DNA from: Podarcis melisellensis | Taxonomy: Eukaryota | Length of the DNA: 64,000 bases | Assembly (NCBI GenBank): GCA_964234715.1 | Contig: OZ174280.1 | Direction: 5' to 3' (one strand) | Shown: piece after piece, positions 23,801 through 38,800 of the stretch | Layout: the number at the start of each line of letters is the position of its first letter | How positions within the stretch are numbered: the stretch's first letter is position 1 | The notes under the pieces: model-generated | Seen by the model: the letters and a program-made list of their open reading frames with translations, nothing else | Databases searched by the model: none | What the model was told of the DNA's origin: nothing | Position numbers and translations under genes: made by a program

Positions 23801-26800
23801 GATTAGGCCAGTTTGTATTTTTCTTTCTCCATGAGATAATGAGGGAAGAGACATCTTCCATACATGTTACAAGAATTTTCAGCAATTAATCTAAAGCTTT
23901 CATTTCTGTAAAAGGATTATTGTTAAATATTTGGTTTGTTTAAAGTAGTAGGGATGTTTGGAATAGTAAATTATGAATGAAAAGTTAATATTTCATTTCC
24001 CAGCTTAGGGCATTGATTTTTTTCATAAATTTAAATTGCCATCCTAGTTTACTGTTGAGCTGAATTTTCCAGCAACAACCCCTCCATGAGTGTAAAAATA
24101 TAAAATATTGTATTTTTTTTAGAGTGTGGAAAATTTCATTCAAAGTTGAGTGGCTGTTTAATTTTTCATTAAATATATATTGTTAGATCACAGGAAGGAA
24201 AGAGTACAAGAACCTCATTAGAAATTGAAATGTTACGGTCTATGCAATATAAGGCAATAACTAATAGAACAAAACCAGCCTTACTTCCTGAATTAAAACC
24301 AGGAGCTATTTTGGGTGCATTTTGACTATGCTTGAGTATATTTGCTGTTTGATAAAGGTGAAGTTATGCTTGGCCGCTATGAAACTGTAAATGTTGACTG
24401 GCTAACTGTTTCAGTGTAGGTGCATTGAGACCTCAACACAGAGTTGAGGACAAATGTGTTCAGACCTCTAATGACTTAATTTTATGAAGTGGGAAAGTGG
24501 CCAAGGTTATAAAGACTGTAAGATTTTGATATTCTGCACAGGATGATACCACAATATTAACTCAGACATTTCCTATTTTCAGCATAATCAAATAATGTGA
24601 ATAATGGGTGCCTCTAGTTTTATTATGTTATATTCTGTCTGATCAATATAAATCCCGTAATTCATTACAAGACAGGAATATTGTACTAAGGTTGTTTTGG
24701 GTTGTTGTTGGGGTTTTTTTTTGGGGGGGTGTCATTCTAGCACTTTTCTTGTAGGATGAGGATATAGCAGCACTGGTGAGTGTTGGCTATATAGGTACAG
24801 AATTCAATCTGAAAACTTGTAGTCATAAAAGAGTGCTAAGTGACTGAATATGTTTTTCCCTATTTTACTTAAGGTCTTCTGTGCAGCCTGCTGCAGTCTA
24901 AAATGCAAACTGCTATATATGGACAGAAAGGAAGCCAGAGTGTGTGTAATTTGCCATTCGGTCCTAATGAATGGTAAGTAACAGGGTAGGAACCAAATGT
25001 AATTTCCACTAACATTGTGCTGTACAGAACCAACCATGTACATGAGTGGGATAAATAATGTGGCCTAGTGCATTTTGTTTCCATACTGGAAATTATTTCA
25101 ATATGGATAATTATTATCTAAAGTGATGTCCCAATCTAAAGCCTATCTGTACTCATGAGCTATTTCAAAACTAACCTATTTCCACAATTCCTGATTTATA
25201 GAAGAAACTAGACAGGCTCAATGTTTGTGCATGGAGTTTGATTGTTCTGGATCCCATCAGAGCTTTAAATAGTGTCAGATGACTTGAACTCACTTTTCCA
25301 GGTAGAAATCCGTGCACCTCCTATACAAGTAGAGATAGAGGTAGGTGTACGATTTGTTGTGATTTAATCTTCTGTCCCAAAACAGTGTTCCTGGTTGTGG
25401 AAACTCCTTTTGAGCACACAAAAACACAGTAAATCTTGCTTTCATGACTTAGAAGATGAGAGAGAATAAACGCTTGCAAGTGATTTATGTAAGGCAGTGA
25501 TCTTGACAGTAGCTCCAGACATTTTGTGCCTCGTACATTACATTTTTGGTGCCTGGTCTAAAAAGCTGAGTATATAAGCTCAGAAATGTCACTTCTTATC
25601 TGTCTCAAAAGGATTCTAAGAATTATGTTGTTAAAATTTGTACTGCGTTTTGACAATGAGCTACCGCAGTTTAAGTGCAGTGCTATTTAAAGCATTAAAT
25701 ATTAACATCTCTCCCTATAGGCTGATAGAAATGTGACAGGAAATGGTGGGTTTATTGCAACTATGAATTAAAAAGTAGTGACTAAAGTGACATTGATTTT
25801 TGAGGACAAGAAATATTATTCTCTGAGAAGAGGGGGGAGTTTCATAAGAAGCTGCATTATTTCAAGTCAGAAAAGCGGTCCATCACGCACAGTGTCATCT
25901 GCATTGAGTAGCAGCAGCTCTGCAGGCCTTCAGGCAGGTGACATTTCCAGTCCTTCTTGGAGATGGCAGTGATTGAACCCGGAACCTTCTGCCTACAGGG
26001 CAGATGCTTTACCACTGAGCTAAGCCCTTCTTAAGGATGCCCTGAGAGTATGTCGTGAAACACCCTTGCTTTTGTAACAAAGGTAGCTGACTCCATTTGG
26101 TTAATGAATAATACTTTTGGATTGTACTTGTGCAAGGTTGGAACCTGATATAGGTTCATTTGTATCTGAACGTTTTTTGTTAACAAGGTCTAATAAAATT
26201 AATTGAGCTGTAATTTCCCTTCAGAAGCCTTTCCTTTCCATTACTCATTAGTGATGGGAAAGAAAAAGTATTTATAAGAGGGTCCACATTGTCTGTAGGT
26301 GCATGTATTTCTGTGCCTGGAACCAAGCTGCTGCTTTCCTGTTGTTTGTAAGTTGGTTACTTTGGTGTATTTGGGTACAGTACAACAAGTACTTCATCGT
26401 TCTTTGCTTCAGGAGGCTGAAGTAGTGATTGTTCAATTGGTGACTGACTTGTGGGAATGTTGAAGTGCATGGGGTGGAATAGAGAAGTGTGGTGTTTGTG
26501 TTTTGGTGCTCATCTACTTACAGTCCCAGACACGTTCCTATTTTTTAAAAAATCATTGCCAGACAATTCATAAAGATTGTAAAGGAAAGTTGGATAGTTG
26601 GATGGATGGGAATCCCTTTTACAGTGGTTATATTTTCTCCAAACCACAGAGGCCCAAGAGGAGATAAGATCAGACTCTTGAACATGCCACCAGCTTTTAG
26701 GTATCCTTTGAAGCTCTAGGCTGAGTCAGTATTTTGTAGTAAAAATATTTTCCCAGTATTAATAATAATCATATTTCTCAGTTACACAACATATGCTAAA

Positions 26801-29800
26801 GGTGCCAACTATTCAGTGGATTTCATCTAATATTTTGAGATTCGTCTTTATTTTTTATTTTTGACTTCGTTAAAGTTATAATCTAGTTCTGTGCTTTCCT
26901 GAGCATGGGGTACTGGGCTATTGGCATAAGTGGACAGCTCCACTATCTCTGCCAATCACCCAGAGGACATCCAAGGAGTAGCTCTGTCCCAGTATTGCTG
27001 ATGAAAAAAACAAGTATGGATGTGAGCATGAAATATTTTAGAAAAGGCAGAGCTGTCTACATTGCCTCCTTCAGATTGCTACTTCATCTTAGGGAGCAGA
27101 GGCAGATGTTTAGACCACACCTGGATAGGTTCAGGACTTATAGTTGCATAAATATATTTTCTGATGAAGGAAAAGAGCCATTAATCTGATATATCGCAAA
27201 ACTTAGAATTACAGTGGTTGCATAATTTTTCTGGTGTACTGATTGCCTTTTTGTGTGTTTTGTGTTTCCTTAGCACAAGCCTGGGAGAACATGATGAGTG
27301 CCTCAAGCCAGAGCCCTAATCCTAACAATCCTGCTGAGTACTGTTCTACCATTCCTCCCTTACAGCAAGCACAGGCTTCTGGAGCTCTGAACTCTCCACC
27401 ACCTACTGTTATGGTACCTGTGGGAGTCCTAAAGCATCCAGGTGCAGAAGGTAGGGATCTTCTTTTCTTCTGCTTAGATTCCATCTCCCTACTACCCCTC
27501 TTTATGAGAGGGGGTGGTCCCTGCCTGTTTGAAGGAGGCAGTGGTGAAACCATTCCTTAAAAAGCCTTTCTTGGATTTGAAAAACCTAGCTAACTACCAG
27601 CCAGTTGCTAAATCTCCCTTTCTTGAGCAAGGTTCTGGAGCAAGTGGTTGCAGACCAGATCCAGGCACTTTTGGAAGAAACTGAGTTTCTGGATCCATTT
27701 CAATCTAGGTTTAAGCCCAGTTTTGGCACAGAAACTGCTTTAGTCACCCTGTATGATGACCTCTGCCATCATACAGAGTATTCTGAATTCTAAGTGTGTT
27801 ATCAAAATGCTGATTAGTGTTAATGCTGATTAGTATTATTTACTTGGGCTGCAATCCAAATAAGTGACATGCACACATAAGGAAAAACTATTTGCGAAGC
27901 CTGAACTTCATTTGTTGTTTCTGCTGTAGCAATTTTTCCTACCCAAGTGACTTGAAAAAAAGACATCTAAGTCAGTAGTTTATGTCAAGTTTCCCTTTGA
28001 TACTTCTTCATATAATTCCTAAACAGTGGTGCAAATCTGACCACTCAACCATCTTTGTTGCACTGTATACATTTTACAACCTTACCTGTTTTTACCTATA
28101 AAGAGATTGTTGGCATATAGGGTCTTTCAGATGACCAGTACCTGTGATAGTTTGTGTAAAAATAACAGTAGAATCCCAATTCAATGGGATTTACTCAAAG
28201 GCAAGTGGGTATATGAAACACCCATGGCTGATGAGAAGTATGGTCTGATAGTTACTCAGCACTCTAAAGCAGTTTATTTTCATCAAGTGAAAATGAAATG
28301 GCTATATCTGCCCGTGTAAATGTCAGTGTTTGAGAACTGCTCAAACTGGTTCTTTATTTGCATAGGAAAGCCTCCTTAACTCAATGTATCTGGTGGAGGT
28401 ATTTATTCAGTTTAGAGATTAACTATAGGATCAAGATGCTTAGATCTAAATGATTGAATATTAATCTGGTTATCACTAAAGATAAACTTACTATTTACAA
28501 TGTTCTTTTTAAAAAATATCTTCAACTGCTGATGAAAAGACAAGCTGCCTTAAAAAACAACCACTATGGGAACTGTTGAACCACAATCAGATTCTTCTTC
28601 ATTTGGTTGTGGCATTGTAAATATTCAAAATCCCTATTGTTGCTGTTTTTTAGTTTGTGTTTCAGTGTATTTCTGTATCTCAATTAAAGCCAGCTAGCTT
28701 CACTTCTCTTTTCATGCATGCATTTCTTTTGATGAGTTGTTCCCATCTCTTCCTTAGTGGCTCAGCCCAGAGAACAAAGACGTGTTTGGTTTGCTGATGG
28801 CATCTTACCCAATGGGGAAGTTGCTGATGCAGCCAAATTGACAGTGGCTGGAACAACCTCCCCTGGAGCGCTAGCAGTGTCACATGATCCAAGCAAACCC
28901 ATGAGCAACACTACTTCACCCGTAGAGGTGAGGAAAAGCTCTGATTTTTGTTGTAATATGTTGGACATGTCTCTTGGTCAGAGGGTACAGGCAGAAGTAG
29001 CTTCCCTAGCAATGTATTTTTACATGAGAGCCTATAGTACAGATTGTTTTTTGTATCTTGTATTTTACAAAATGAAGAGTAAAATATGTCTAGTTATGCA
29101 TTTACATAGTGTTGTTGTTTACTGCTTCTTGTAGACTGAAAACACACTTGCATTTTCAAGAAGCATTACTCAGGTTGGAAGTCCAGTTGGCAGTGCGATG
29201 AATCTTATTCCAGAAGATGGGCTTCCTCCAATTCTTATTTCTACGGGGGTGAAAGGAGGTGAGAATTAAACTGTGGTGTGTCTGTTTTTGGGTTTAATGA
29301 GTAACATTCCATCCTAGAGCAGTCCATATTGAAACCAAAGTCTTCTGGATCAAGGTCAAATAGTCTTGACTGTCAGTGGGCTGAATATTAATAGGCAAGG
29401 TCAGGCTTAATAAAATATCTGTTATCTCTAACACAAATGGGGATTCTGTGTACATATAATCATTCAGGTGTACTGAATAGTGATGGGAGTTCAAAAGGTT
29501 GACTTGGATGCATGTGAAATTGGAAGAAGGGATTGCATTTCTAGGAAAGTACCAATTTCTGGGGTAGTCCTTTTCTGAGCTGGGCTAGACGTTATCAGCA
29601 CTACGGTGTGTGGTCACACATACAGCAAGTACCTAATATCTGTACCTAGTCTGATCTGTTGGCATACTGCCAATTTTTCTTGTTTACATCTTCCATATCA
29701 ATGTCATGAAGTTTCTGCAATTTGAAGCAGTGGAGAATAATATCTATGTGTAGCTACTTGTTTGCAATAGATAAAACTAAATGATTGCCTGTGAAATAAA

Positions 29801-32800
29801 ACTCTTCATAAAATACTACCACGAGTTGCAAGTATTATTTGTTTAGTTATTTAAACAACTAAAACTGACCAGTTGATAAACTCACTAATTAACAACCAAT
29901 GACTATGGATATATTCCAAATTTATGGATAAATTCCAAGTTATTTTTTGCAGTAAATCTTATACCTGACAAACACTTCATTCTGTCAAAAGTCCTGATAG
30001 TCAAATAAAGTTTTTTAAAAAGGAAAACTAGAAGGGCTTCATGAATTTGTGTTTATGGGAATGCTTCAGAATATAGCCTTTAAATATGATTTCATTAATT
30101 GATATTGTTATATATAATGGCACTGTAAACATAAGCAAATAAAAGCCACTTCCCAATATTCCATCATACTCTAGCATGGAACAGAAGAAAGGCCAGGGCT
30201 ATGCAGATAGAAGCAGGCTTGGTGATCGGTGGCTAGGGTCCACAGTTATAGGGAGAAAAATTATATCTTACCCAGTGGTACCCCTGTGTGCATACCTTTA
30301 ATATCTCCCATGGCAGTGAAGGATTCCCATTTGCTCCTCTCAGGAAAAATGAAGGACTTTGATTGAGGAGTGAGAACCTGCATTCTACCCCTTTTATTGA
30401 ACTTTTATTGACAGGATCACACAGGAATGTATATCCACATGCAAAGCACATAGTTATACTGCACTCCTTGGCTTCCTTAGCATATATAAGCTGGTCTTCC
30501 CCATGGAAACCCCACCAATCCTTTTGATCATTTTGAGGGTCGGCCTGCATATATTTGCAATACATGACGGAGATGCCAAAACTGGTTTATAATGGTTATG
30601 TTTAATGCCATATACTGTGCTTGACATAGAGGTATGTTGTGTAGAAGCCCCAGGGTAGAAATCTATTTTTGTTGCACTATCAAATAAAGATTTACAAAGG
30701 TATTTATTATGGGTCTGTTAAACAAATGCTATTTCATTTTTTAAGAACAGGCAATAGTGTTCAGTAATTGATTTCACAGTAATACTTTCACTGTTGTTGT
30801 AGGTATTACTGATAGCATGCATTTTTCAGATGTTACCTAAACCCAATGAAATGTTGGGGGGGGGGGGAATGGGGGAATCTCATTTTTTAAAAATCCTCCA
30901 CCCATCCATTTGAATAAGGTGACAGACCACACAGTACTTAAATATGAGAGGTATACTATTGCCAAATTGCATAAGAAACTTGACAACCATCATTTGACAG
31001 CTACCCTTTTTTGCTTTCAGATTATGCTGTAGAAGAAAAACCATCTCATATATCAGTGATGCAGCAGTTGGAAGATGGTGGCCCTGACCCCCTTGTGTTT
31101 GTTTTAAATGCAAATTTGCTGTCCATGGTTAAAATTGTGAACTGTAAGTCCAGTTTATTTGGATGATGATAAAACGATCTTGCAATGAATCAATTTCCTT
31201 TGCTTTATAAAACATTTCCCTGTGAAAAACTTCTTGCACTGCAGAAAATCACCATCAAGTAACAGTGGTGAATTGTCTTTCTGGTCTGTGTCTTGGAAGT
31301 GATTGTGTGCCAAAATCCAGGATATTATTTTCTGAGGCCCAATATATGAATTCACATATTTAAAAGATGTGCTGGTCTTGCTACTGATGATTTCTTGATT
31401 TAATAGCAGCATGATATTACAGTGGAACTTCAGTACGCTGAATGATGGGGTTTATAAAATCATACTTCCTATGAGCATAACAAGATGCAGTTCAGAATAT
31501 CCAGGATTTAAGATTATCTATGGTGTAATTCGGGGATGCGGGGTGGCGCTGTGGGTAAAACCTCAGCGCCTAGGACTTGCCGATCGCATGGTCGGCGGTT
31601 CGAATCCCCGTGGCGGGGTAAGCTCCCGTCGTTCGGTCCCAGCTCCTGCCCACCTAGCAGTTCGAAAGTGCAAGTAGATAAATAGGTACCGCTTTATAGC
31701 GGGAAGGTAAATGGCGTTTCCGTGTGCTGCTCTGGTGCCGGTTTGCCAGAGCAGCTTCGTCACGCTGGCTACGTGACCTGGAAGTGTCTACGGACAGCGC
31801 TGGCTCCCGGCCTCTAGAGTGAGATGAGCGCACAACCCTAGAGTCTGTCAAGACTGGCCCGTATGGGCAGGGGTACCTTTACCTTTACCTTTATGGTGTA
31901 ATTCAGCATAACTCTAAGAGGGGTACACCTACAGGGAACAAGGTCTACTCATGCAGTGGGACTTCCCCTGCTCTTCTCTCCCCATTTGTCCCCTAAACTT
32001 GTTCTGAGGGTTCCTTGAAACGCTCCATAGTTGATTTTGGAAGTACAGGTGGGAGAGGTGGAGAGTAGTCCTGTTGTGCAAGGTACCTCATTTCACGCAT
32101 GCTAGCAGCTTAGATGAATGCCTAGTTTAACCTATGTGGTTAAACTAGGGGTGACTAACCTTATTTGGTCTAAGGGCTTCATGTCAGTGGAGGATGTTGT
32201 CAAAATGAACTTTGGTGTCCCCTAGCTTTGTGCCTCTCCCCGACCAAGCCTGTGCACACACAGGCAGGCACACAGACGCACAATGGCAGACACAAGCCAT
32301 AATCCTGCCAATTTGAGGGATTCCTCCCCAAGTGCTGTGCTGAGAGGAGAGACTAGCAAATGCAGAGGTTACCATATTGCGTCAGAAACACAACCTTATA
32401 GTAACTTAAGACTTTTAACCTGCAGGGTGAATAACTTGGGCAGGATTTTAATTGAGGAAAGTGATATTGCAAGAAGGGTCAAACCCTGAATCACCCAGTA
32501 CTGTTGCCTAAAATCTACACACAACCCATACACAAAAACCATACATGGTTTTTTTATATATAAATGAGATCCTGAGTCAGAGAGCTCTGTTGTGTTTAGT
32601 TTGGCCTTGGCAAATAAGCAGCCTACAGTAATGTCTTCAGTAATTTTGCATTTATCGTGGTACCTCGTGTTATGGACGGGATCCGTTCCAGAGGCCTCTC
32701 CGTAACGTGAAATGCCCGCAACTTGAAGCTCTGTGTCTGCACAGGCATGTGGCGCAATTTGGCGCTTCTGCACATGTGCAAAACATGATTTAGCACTTTG

Positions 32801-35800
32801 TGCAGGCGCGAGCGGCGAAACCCGGAAGTAACCTGTTCTGGTACTTCCGCGTTGCCACGGGACGTAACGCGAAAAGACACAACATGAAGCGTACGCAATA
32901 CGAGGTATGACTGTACTCCATATGTTTATTTTTACAAACCCTCATTGCGCTTTCCCTTCTACAGATGTGAACAGGAAGTGCTGGTGTTTCACTACAAAAG
33001 GAATGCATGCTGTAGGCCAGTCAGAAATAGTAATTCTTCTCCAGTGCTTACCTGATGAGAAGTGTTTGCCGAAGGATATTTTCAACCACTTTGTGCAGCT
33101 TTATAGAGATGCTTTGGCAGGTGAGAGAACTGCCTATTTGAAAATTGTGATGACTGCTGACAGCTGAATTACTTGAATTATTAAGTCATCACAGTTGTGT
33201 AGCTGTGCCTTCTAGATTCTTTTATAAAATAGTCCATATTTGTACATTATTAAATAATATTTAAGTAACCAAAGGGCTCTCTGCCTTTTCTTCAGATGGT
33301 GATTGAACTTTGATCCAGCATACTACAGTTATTACTATGTGCAATTTCACTACAGTGTTGCATAATTTATGACCTCTACATAATGTGTATTTGAATTCTA
33401 TTTTTGGTATTCTTTGATATACTGTCCTTCAATGCTGTGAGGGAAGCAGGGTTTCGGGGCTTTGTTATTTTTAATCAAAAGCCAAAATTTAATACCAGTA
33501 CTGCTGACTTTTATCATTCTTTTTGGGGAGGGGGCATTTTCTGTTTCTGTGGTTCAGAAATGTAAGGCAATCAAATTAAATCATATAAATCATGAGTTAC
33601 TGTGCTGGATACAAAAAGGATTCTTGTTTGTGAGCGGATGATCTTCATGACTCATAGCACTCTAAATCAATTTCTGCAGTGGTCTATAATACACTCTTAG
33701 TATGTGGCTTGCTTATGTTCTGACATTGTAAGTAGTTGAGAGAGAGTTGTGGAGGGATGCAGTACAGTACACTAAATTAACACTGCTAGGGGGTTATCAG
33801 AAACAGCTTGCTGTAAAGTTATTTACTATAAGTGCAATGAATAAGACAACTGTGTCTTAACCATTCTGCTATATATTTTGGAAAGTTGTTCATTTGTTTG
33901 CTACGCTTTGGAACACCTCTTAACACAGCATTTAAAAAAATTGCTGGTTCCCGAGATCAGGGAGCAGGTTTTTCAAATCAAGATAGCAGACTGAATCTTT
34001 CAAAACGGTGCTCATTTTGAGGTTTCTTAAAATTTCTGAGTAACGCCAGGTAGAAGGCTGCTGGTTTCTTATAAGGCAAAACATGCCTCTAAATAGAGGG
34101 TACATTGTGTGTAATTATTTCTGAAAAGCTGAGGGGAGTGGGAAATTTGTAAAGGATTTCTGCTATAGAACAGTGGATAAATTTTCAGCAGGGCTTAGAG
34201 CTTTAAGAGTTGTATGTGCTTGGGCTCCATATCTAGTACCTGCAGGTCATAGCTTCATGGCTGAGTAGAAATTTGTACCTGAGTGTCCTTAATCTTAGAT
34301 CCAACATTTTCAACATCACATATTAACTTTTAAGCATTATCTTTTTCATTAACATCCTTTGTTGTTAAAATGCAACAGTATAAAGCATGGTATTGGTACT
34401 GGTTTAAAACCTGTGACATATAATTTCACTATTGAAACAAAGGTTTTCTCTGTATATAATAATAGTAATGTATATAATAGTAATAAATAATCTATCAGGT
34501 TAAGCCCAGAGGCAAAGTTTTCTCAGGAAGTTGGGAGTGAATTAAGTGTGCTGCTCATGGTATGTATATACTCATCACACCTTCACATCTAATAAAATTG
34601 CTTGGCAGGATTTGGTGTCATTTCTAAGACCTGCAAATCCTGTTTGACAAGAGGTCAAACTTAAAGTATTTTGTACTAAACATGAGAAGTGCAACATTTA
34701 TTTCAAAGCACTTTCTTAAAATTACCGTATATTCCATCTCTAGCCTAAGACTCAACATATGGCTGCTTTAGAATGCTCCAATGTTAGTGGAGTTGCTTTT
34801 TTCGTATCCCTTTGGGATCAGGGTTGTTGGGTTTTTTTGTGGCAGGGAATCTACACTGTAGAGATTTCAGTTGCAAATACCTAGAAATTAAATAAATAAG
34901 TATGTGCAGAACTTTTCTAATTAAACTGGAAAAATAAAGCATTATATACTATTGAATAAAATTCCTTTTGCTTTTATTTGGTATATCTGCTGCAAATGGG
35001 TAATTTAAGTTAGTATACCTTAACACTTCTTTAAAAAGGTTTTCTTTTGTGTAACAAGTAGTACAAGAGGAAGTAGGATCTCTGTGCAATTTTATCTTGC
35101 CTTTTTGATATATAGCCATTAATAATAACTATTTCTCTTGTTTCCATAGGCAGTGTTGTGGGTAATTTAGGACATTCATTTTTCAGTCAGAGTTTTCTCG
35201 GCAGTAAGGAGCATGGTGGCTTCTTGTATGTTACACCTGTGTATCAGTCGCTGCAGGACTTGGTGCTCCCCACTCCACCATATTTATTTGGAATTCTTAT
35301 CCAGAAATGGGAGACTCCTTGGGCCAAAGTATTTCCCATCCGACTGATGTTGAGACTTGGAGCTGAATACAGGTGTAAGTCCTATTACTCTTCAGTGTCC
35401 CGTTAGATCCCAGCCTTGGTTTCAGAGTGTAATATATACATATTTTACCGTTTTGTTGCTGGTAATCACATTGCCTTGGATTCAAACTTTTTGCTTTGTG
35501 AGCAAAGGGAGTCTTCTGTTCATGGAGCAAAAGGTTAGGGTCCAAGCTACCGTTGTAAGGACATTACTAAATGTGATTCTGTTGGCCAAATTAACCTACA
35601 TTAAAGTAGTTTCTTGTGCACTTAATGCACAGTAGGTTATGTTATATGGGAACAGTGGGAACAGTGTCTGAAGTGGGTTTAAAATGGCTTTCTGTGCGAT
35701 GGAGGGCTCTGTGGCTCCCTACCAGACATGGGAGCTTGGAGTAACTGGCGGAGTCATGGTTTTCAGAGTTGTATTCAGTGGTTCTTTTGTGTGTGCACCA

Positions 35801-38800
35801 CTTTCATAAGTAACTGAAACCTAGGCAAACTTGAAAATTAAAAATGGTTACAAAAACCTAGTACTGAATATAAGCTGTTAAGATCTCCACAACAATCATT
35901 TGTTTAAGTCAGTTGGGGTTAGTGTTAGATCACACACAGTGACTTCTTGTGCTCCCATTTTGGCTCTGTAGTGTACAAATAAAAATATGGAAAGTGTTGC
36001 TAGAAAGGCAGAGCATCTTTCCTTGGCACATGTCTGTGCTCCAAGTAGAAATCTGAAGGCCCATCCTATTATTCTATTCTTACAATTGTCCTTGACCAGA
36101 CAGGCACCAACATAGGTGGAATGATTTCTCCCTTGCATGTGACTATATGTGGACCACTGGCAAAGAACCACAATGAGGGAGAACTCTGGGTTGGATCAAG
36201 ACTTGATGCTTTGCAAAAAAGGGCTCATTCTATTTGCAGAGGGGACCGTGGTTTTTGTTGTGCAAATGGAACTTCTTCCTGTGCAAGTGGAACTTCTCTG
36301 AGCATGTCTGCATACAAGCTATGGTGTTATTTTGATCTTCCTACTGTTGATATTTTTCTAAATTTGATTTTCTAGCAACCAAATGCAAGGTTTTTCGAGT
36401 GAACCTCTCCATAGATATGTTTGAATCTGAGATCTTTTTTCTTACTTTCTTAGTGTACCCGTGCCCACTTTTCAGTGTCAGATTTCGTAAGCCATTGTTT
36501 GGAGAGACTGGACACACAATTATGAATCTTCTTGCAGTAAGTGATGGTTACAAGATTATTTTGTAAATAGAAAAATTTATGTGTTCTGTTCACTCACCTA
36601 ATTTATATGCACTGTTATTCTGAAAATATAATAATGTGTAGATTTCTTAAATCTAGATATGATGGAGTAGAATTTATTTATTTCTTTATTTAGTAAACAA
36701 ATTTATATACAGTTTTCAAGCAAAAAATTATTCTCAAAGTGTTTTACAAACTACATACTAAAACGTAAACAAAAAAATATAATTTAAAACTGGCTAAAAC
36801 ATCCATATGATTTCAAAAGATAATTTAAAAGACATCACAAAAACAAGTATTTCTGAGCATAACAAAAATACCATAGAACACCACAATACCAATTTTACAG
36901 CTCAGATTATAATTAGTCCCTAAAGACTATTAACCCTTATCCCTAAAAGGATAAGTCTTTAAAGGAGGTGGGGATGAGGTTTGCTCTCAATATCATGCAG
37001 AATCTAATACACAGTTTTATGCAACAAATATCTATTTTTAATCAAGAGAACATTAAAGGTCCTTTTTTAAAAACATCTCTGAACTGGACCATCATATAGC
37101 TGTAGGCACACTACTGTTAAAAAAAACCACCTAAGCATTTCATCTGTACATTTACACCAAGGAACCCCAGTTTAGTGTCCTGTAATTTTTTTTGTATGCT
37201 AGAGAAAGAGCACAGCTGCGCTCTAAGACAGAAATAATACCTTGGAGTGGTGCTGATGCCCCATAGCATTTAAGGAGCTTAAACAGGCACCTGTTCTAAA
37301 TGTGAAGTGTGTTATTGGACACCAGGAAGGAATATAGCAGAGGTGGATGAGTGGGTGGGAATGGGAGATTATCAGGTGCTCCTTTCCTCCTCTTGTTCAT
37401 CCAAAGGCAATTTCTATTTTCTCACAGCTAAACGTACCCAGCTTACTCTGATACACATTGCATCTCATGAAACTCATTGGTACAATATCAGTTCTTTCTA
37501 CTTAGTGTTGTTTTCAGAGCCCCTACTGATGGGTTAGGTTGCTCCTGAAACAAAATGTATTTTGCAATATTTTAAACAAAATAATGAGTAAAGAATACTG
37601 CTTATTGCGAATGGATTTAGTATTTTTATTGTAATTTTTCAAAGTTGACCCATAGTTCTTGCGCTGCTGAAACTCAAATGCCAGCAGCAATTGTGATTTT
37701 CATTGTTCTGTGCACTGATAGGACTTCAGAAATTACCAGTATACATTGCCAGTTGTCCAAGGCTTAGTGGTTGATATGGAAGTGAGGAAAACCAGCATCA
37801 AAATTCCCAGCAACAGATACAATGAGGTATGTAGTGTGAATAAATATGTAACACACATGTCCAAGAAGCATCACAGTGATTCTTCTATTGATCAAATATT
37901 GAACGAACTAGGAGTTACTTGAGGGGTGAATACAACTGGATCTGTGAGATCGGGTTTCAAATTCTTGCTCAGCAAGGAACTGAGGGAGCAGCTTTGGTTA
38001 AGCCACGATATCTCTTTACCTTGTCTCCCATCTGAAAAATTATGAATAATGACGTACCTTAATATCTCATGTTGATATGGCAGATCAGGCGTAAACTGTC
38101 TTGCATGTTCTTCTCCTCCAAAATGTTGTATGCCATAAATGATATATTTCTTTTGGAGGACTAAAATTTTAATTCAGTGATTGTTAAATGTTTATTTTTT
38201 CCCCAAAGAGCCAAGAAACAGCATTGCAAATAGTTTAATTTGGCCCTATTCCTGGGATGGGCACTCCACAGCCATTGGCCTGATTTTATGTGATCGTTGG
38301 CAAGCATCACCTCAGACCCTTGGCAAGACTGAAGTGCCCCCCATGGAAAAGAGAGAGAGAGACTACCTTTGGCTCTGGCCTTGGCCACTGCTGAGTTTAG
38401 CCCCGCCCCCCTCCCAGTTATCCCTGAAAGGAGTTCTTTGACAGAAAAAAAAAGTTTGCCTCCATCTGCCCTGTACAGATGTCATTTTTCTTCAGGGTTT
38501 GCACCTGTGGAGACAGTTCTCATATTTCTTGGGTGGTGGTCTCATATTATGTGGTAATGGCAAATGTTTTGGTTGCAGATGATGAAAGCCATGAACAAGT
38601 CCAATGAGCATGTTCTAGCAGGTGGGGCATGCTTCAATGACAGGGCAGACTCTCATCTTGTGTGTGTGCAGAATGATGATGGGAACTATCAGACACAGGC
38701 CATCAGTATTCATAATCAACCGCGGAAAGGTGAGAGTTGCTGACAATGTATTCACACCCCCCCCCATAAACAGTCTGCTGTTTGCATTGTTTTCTGTTCA

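Noticed and set aside
27605-27793. Active LINE reverse transcriptase or extra ZFYVE9 exon
   Set aside because: Short frameshifted L2 fragment, not needed for the ZFYVE9 frame and without convincing splice sites
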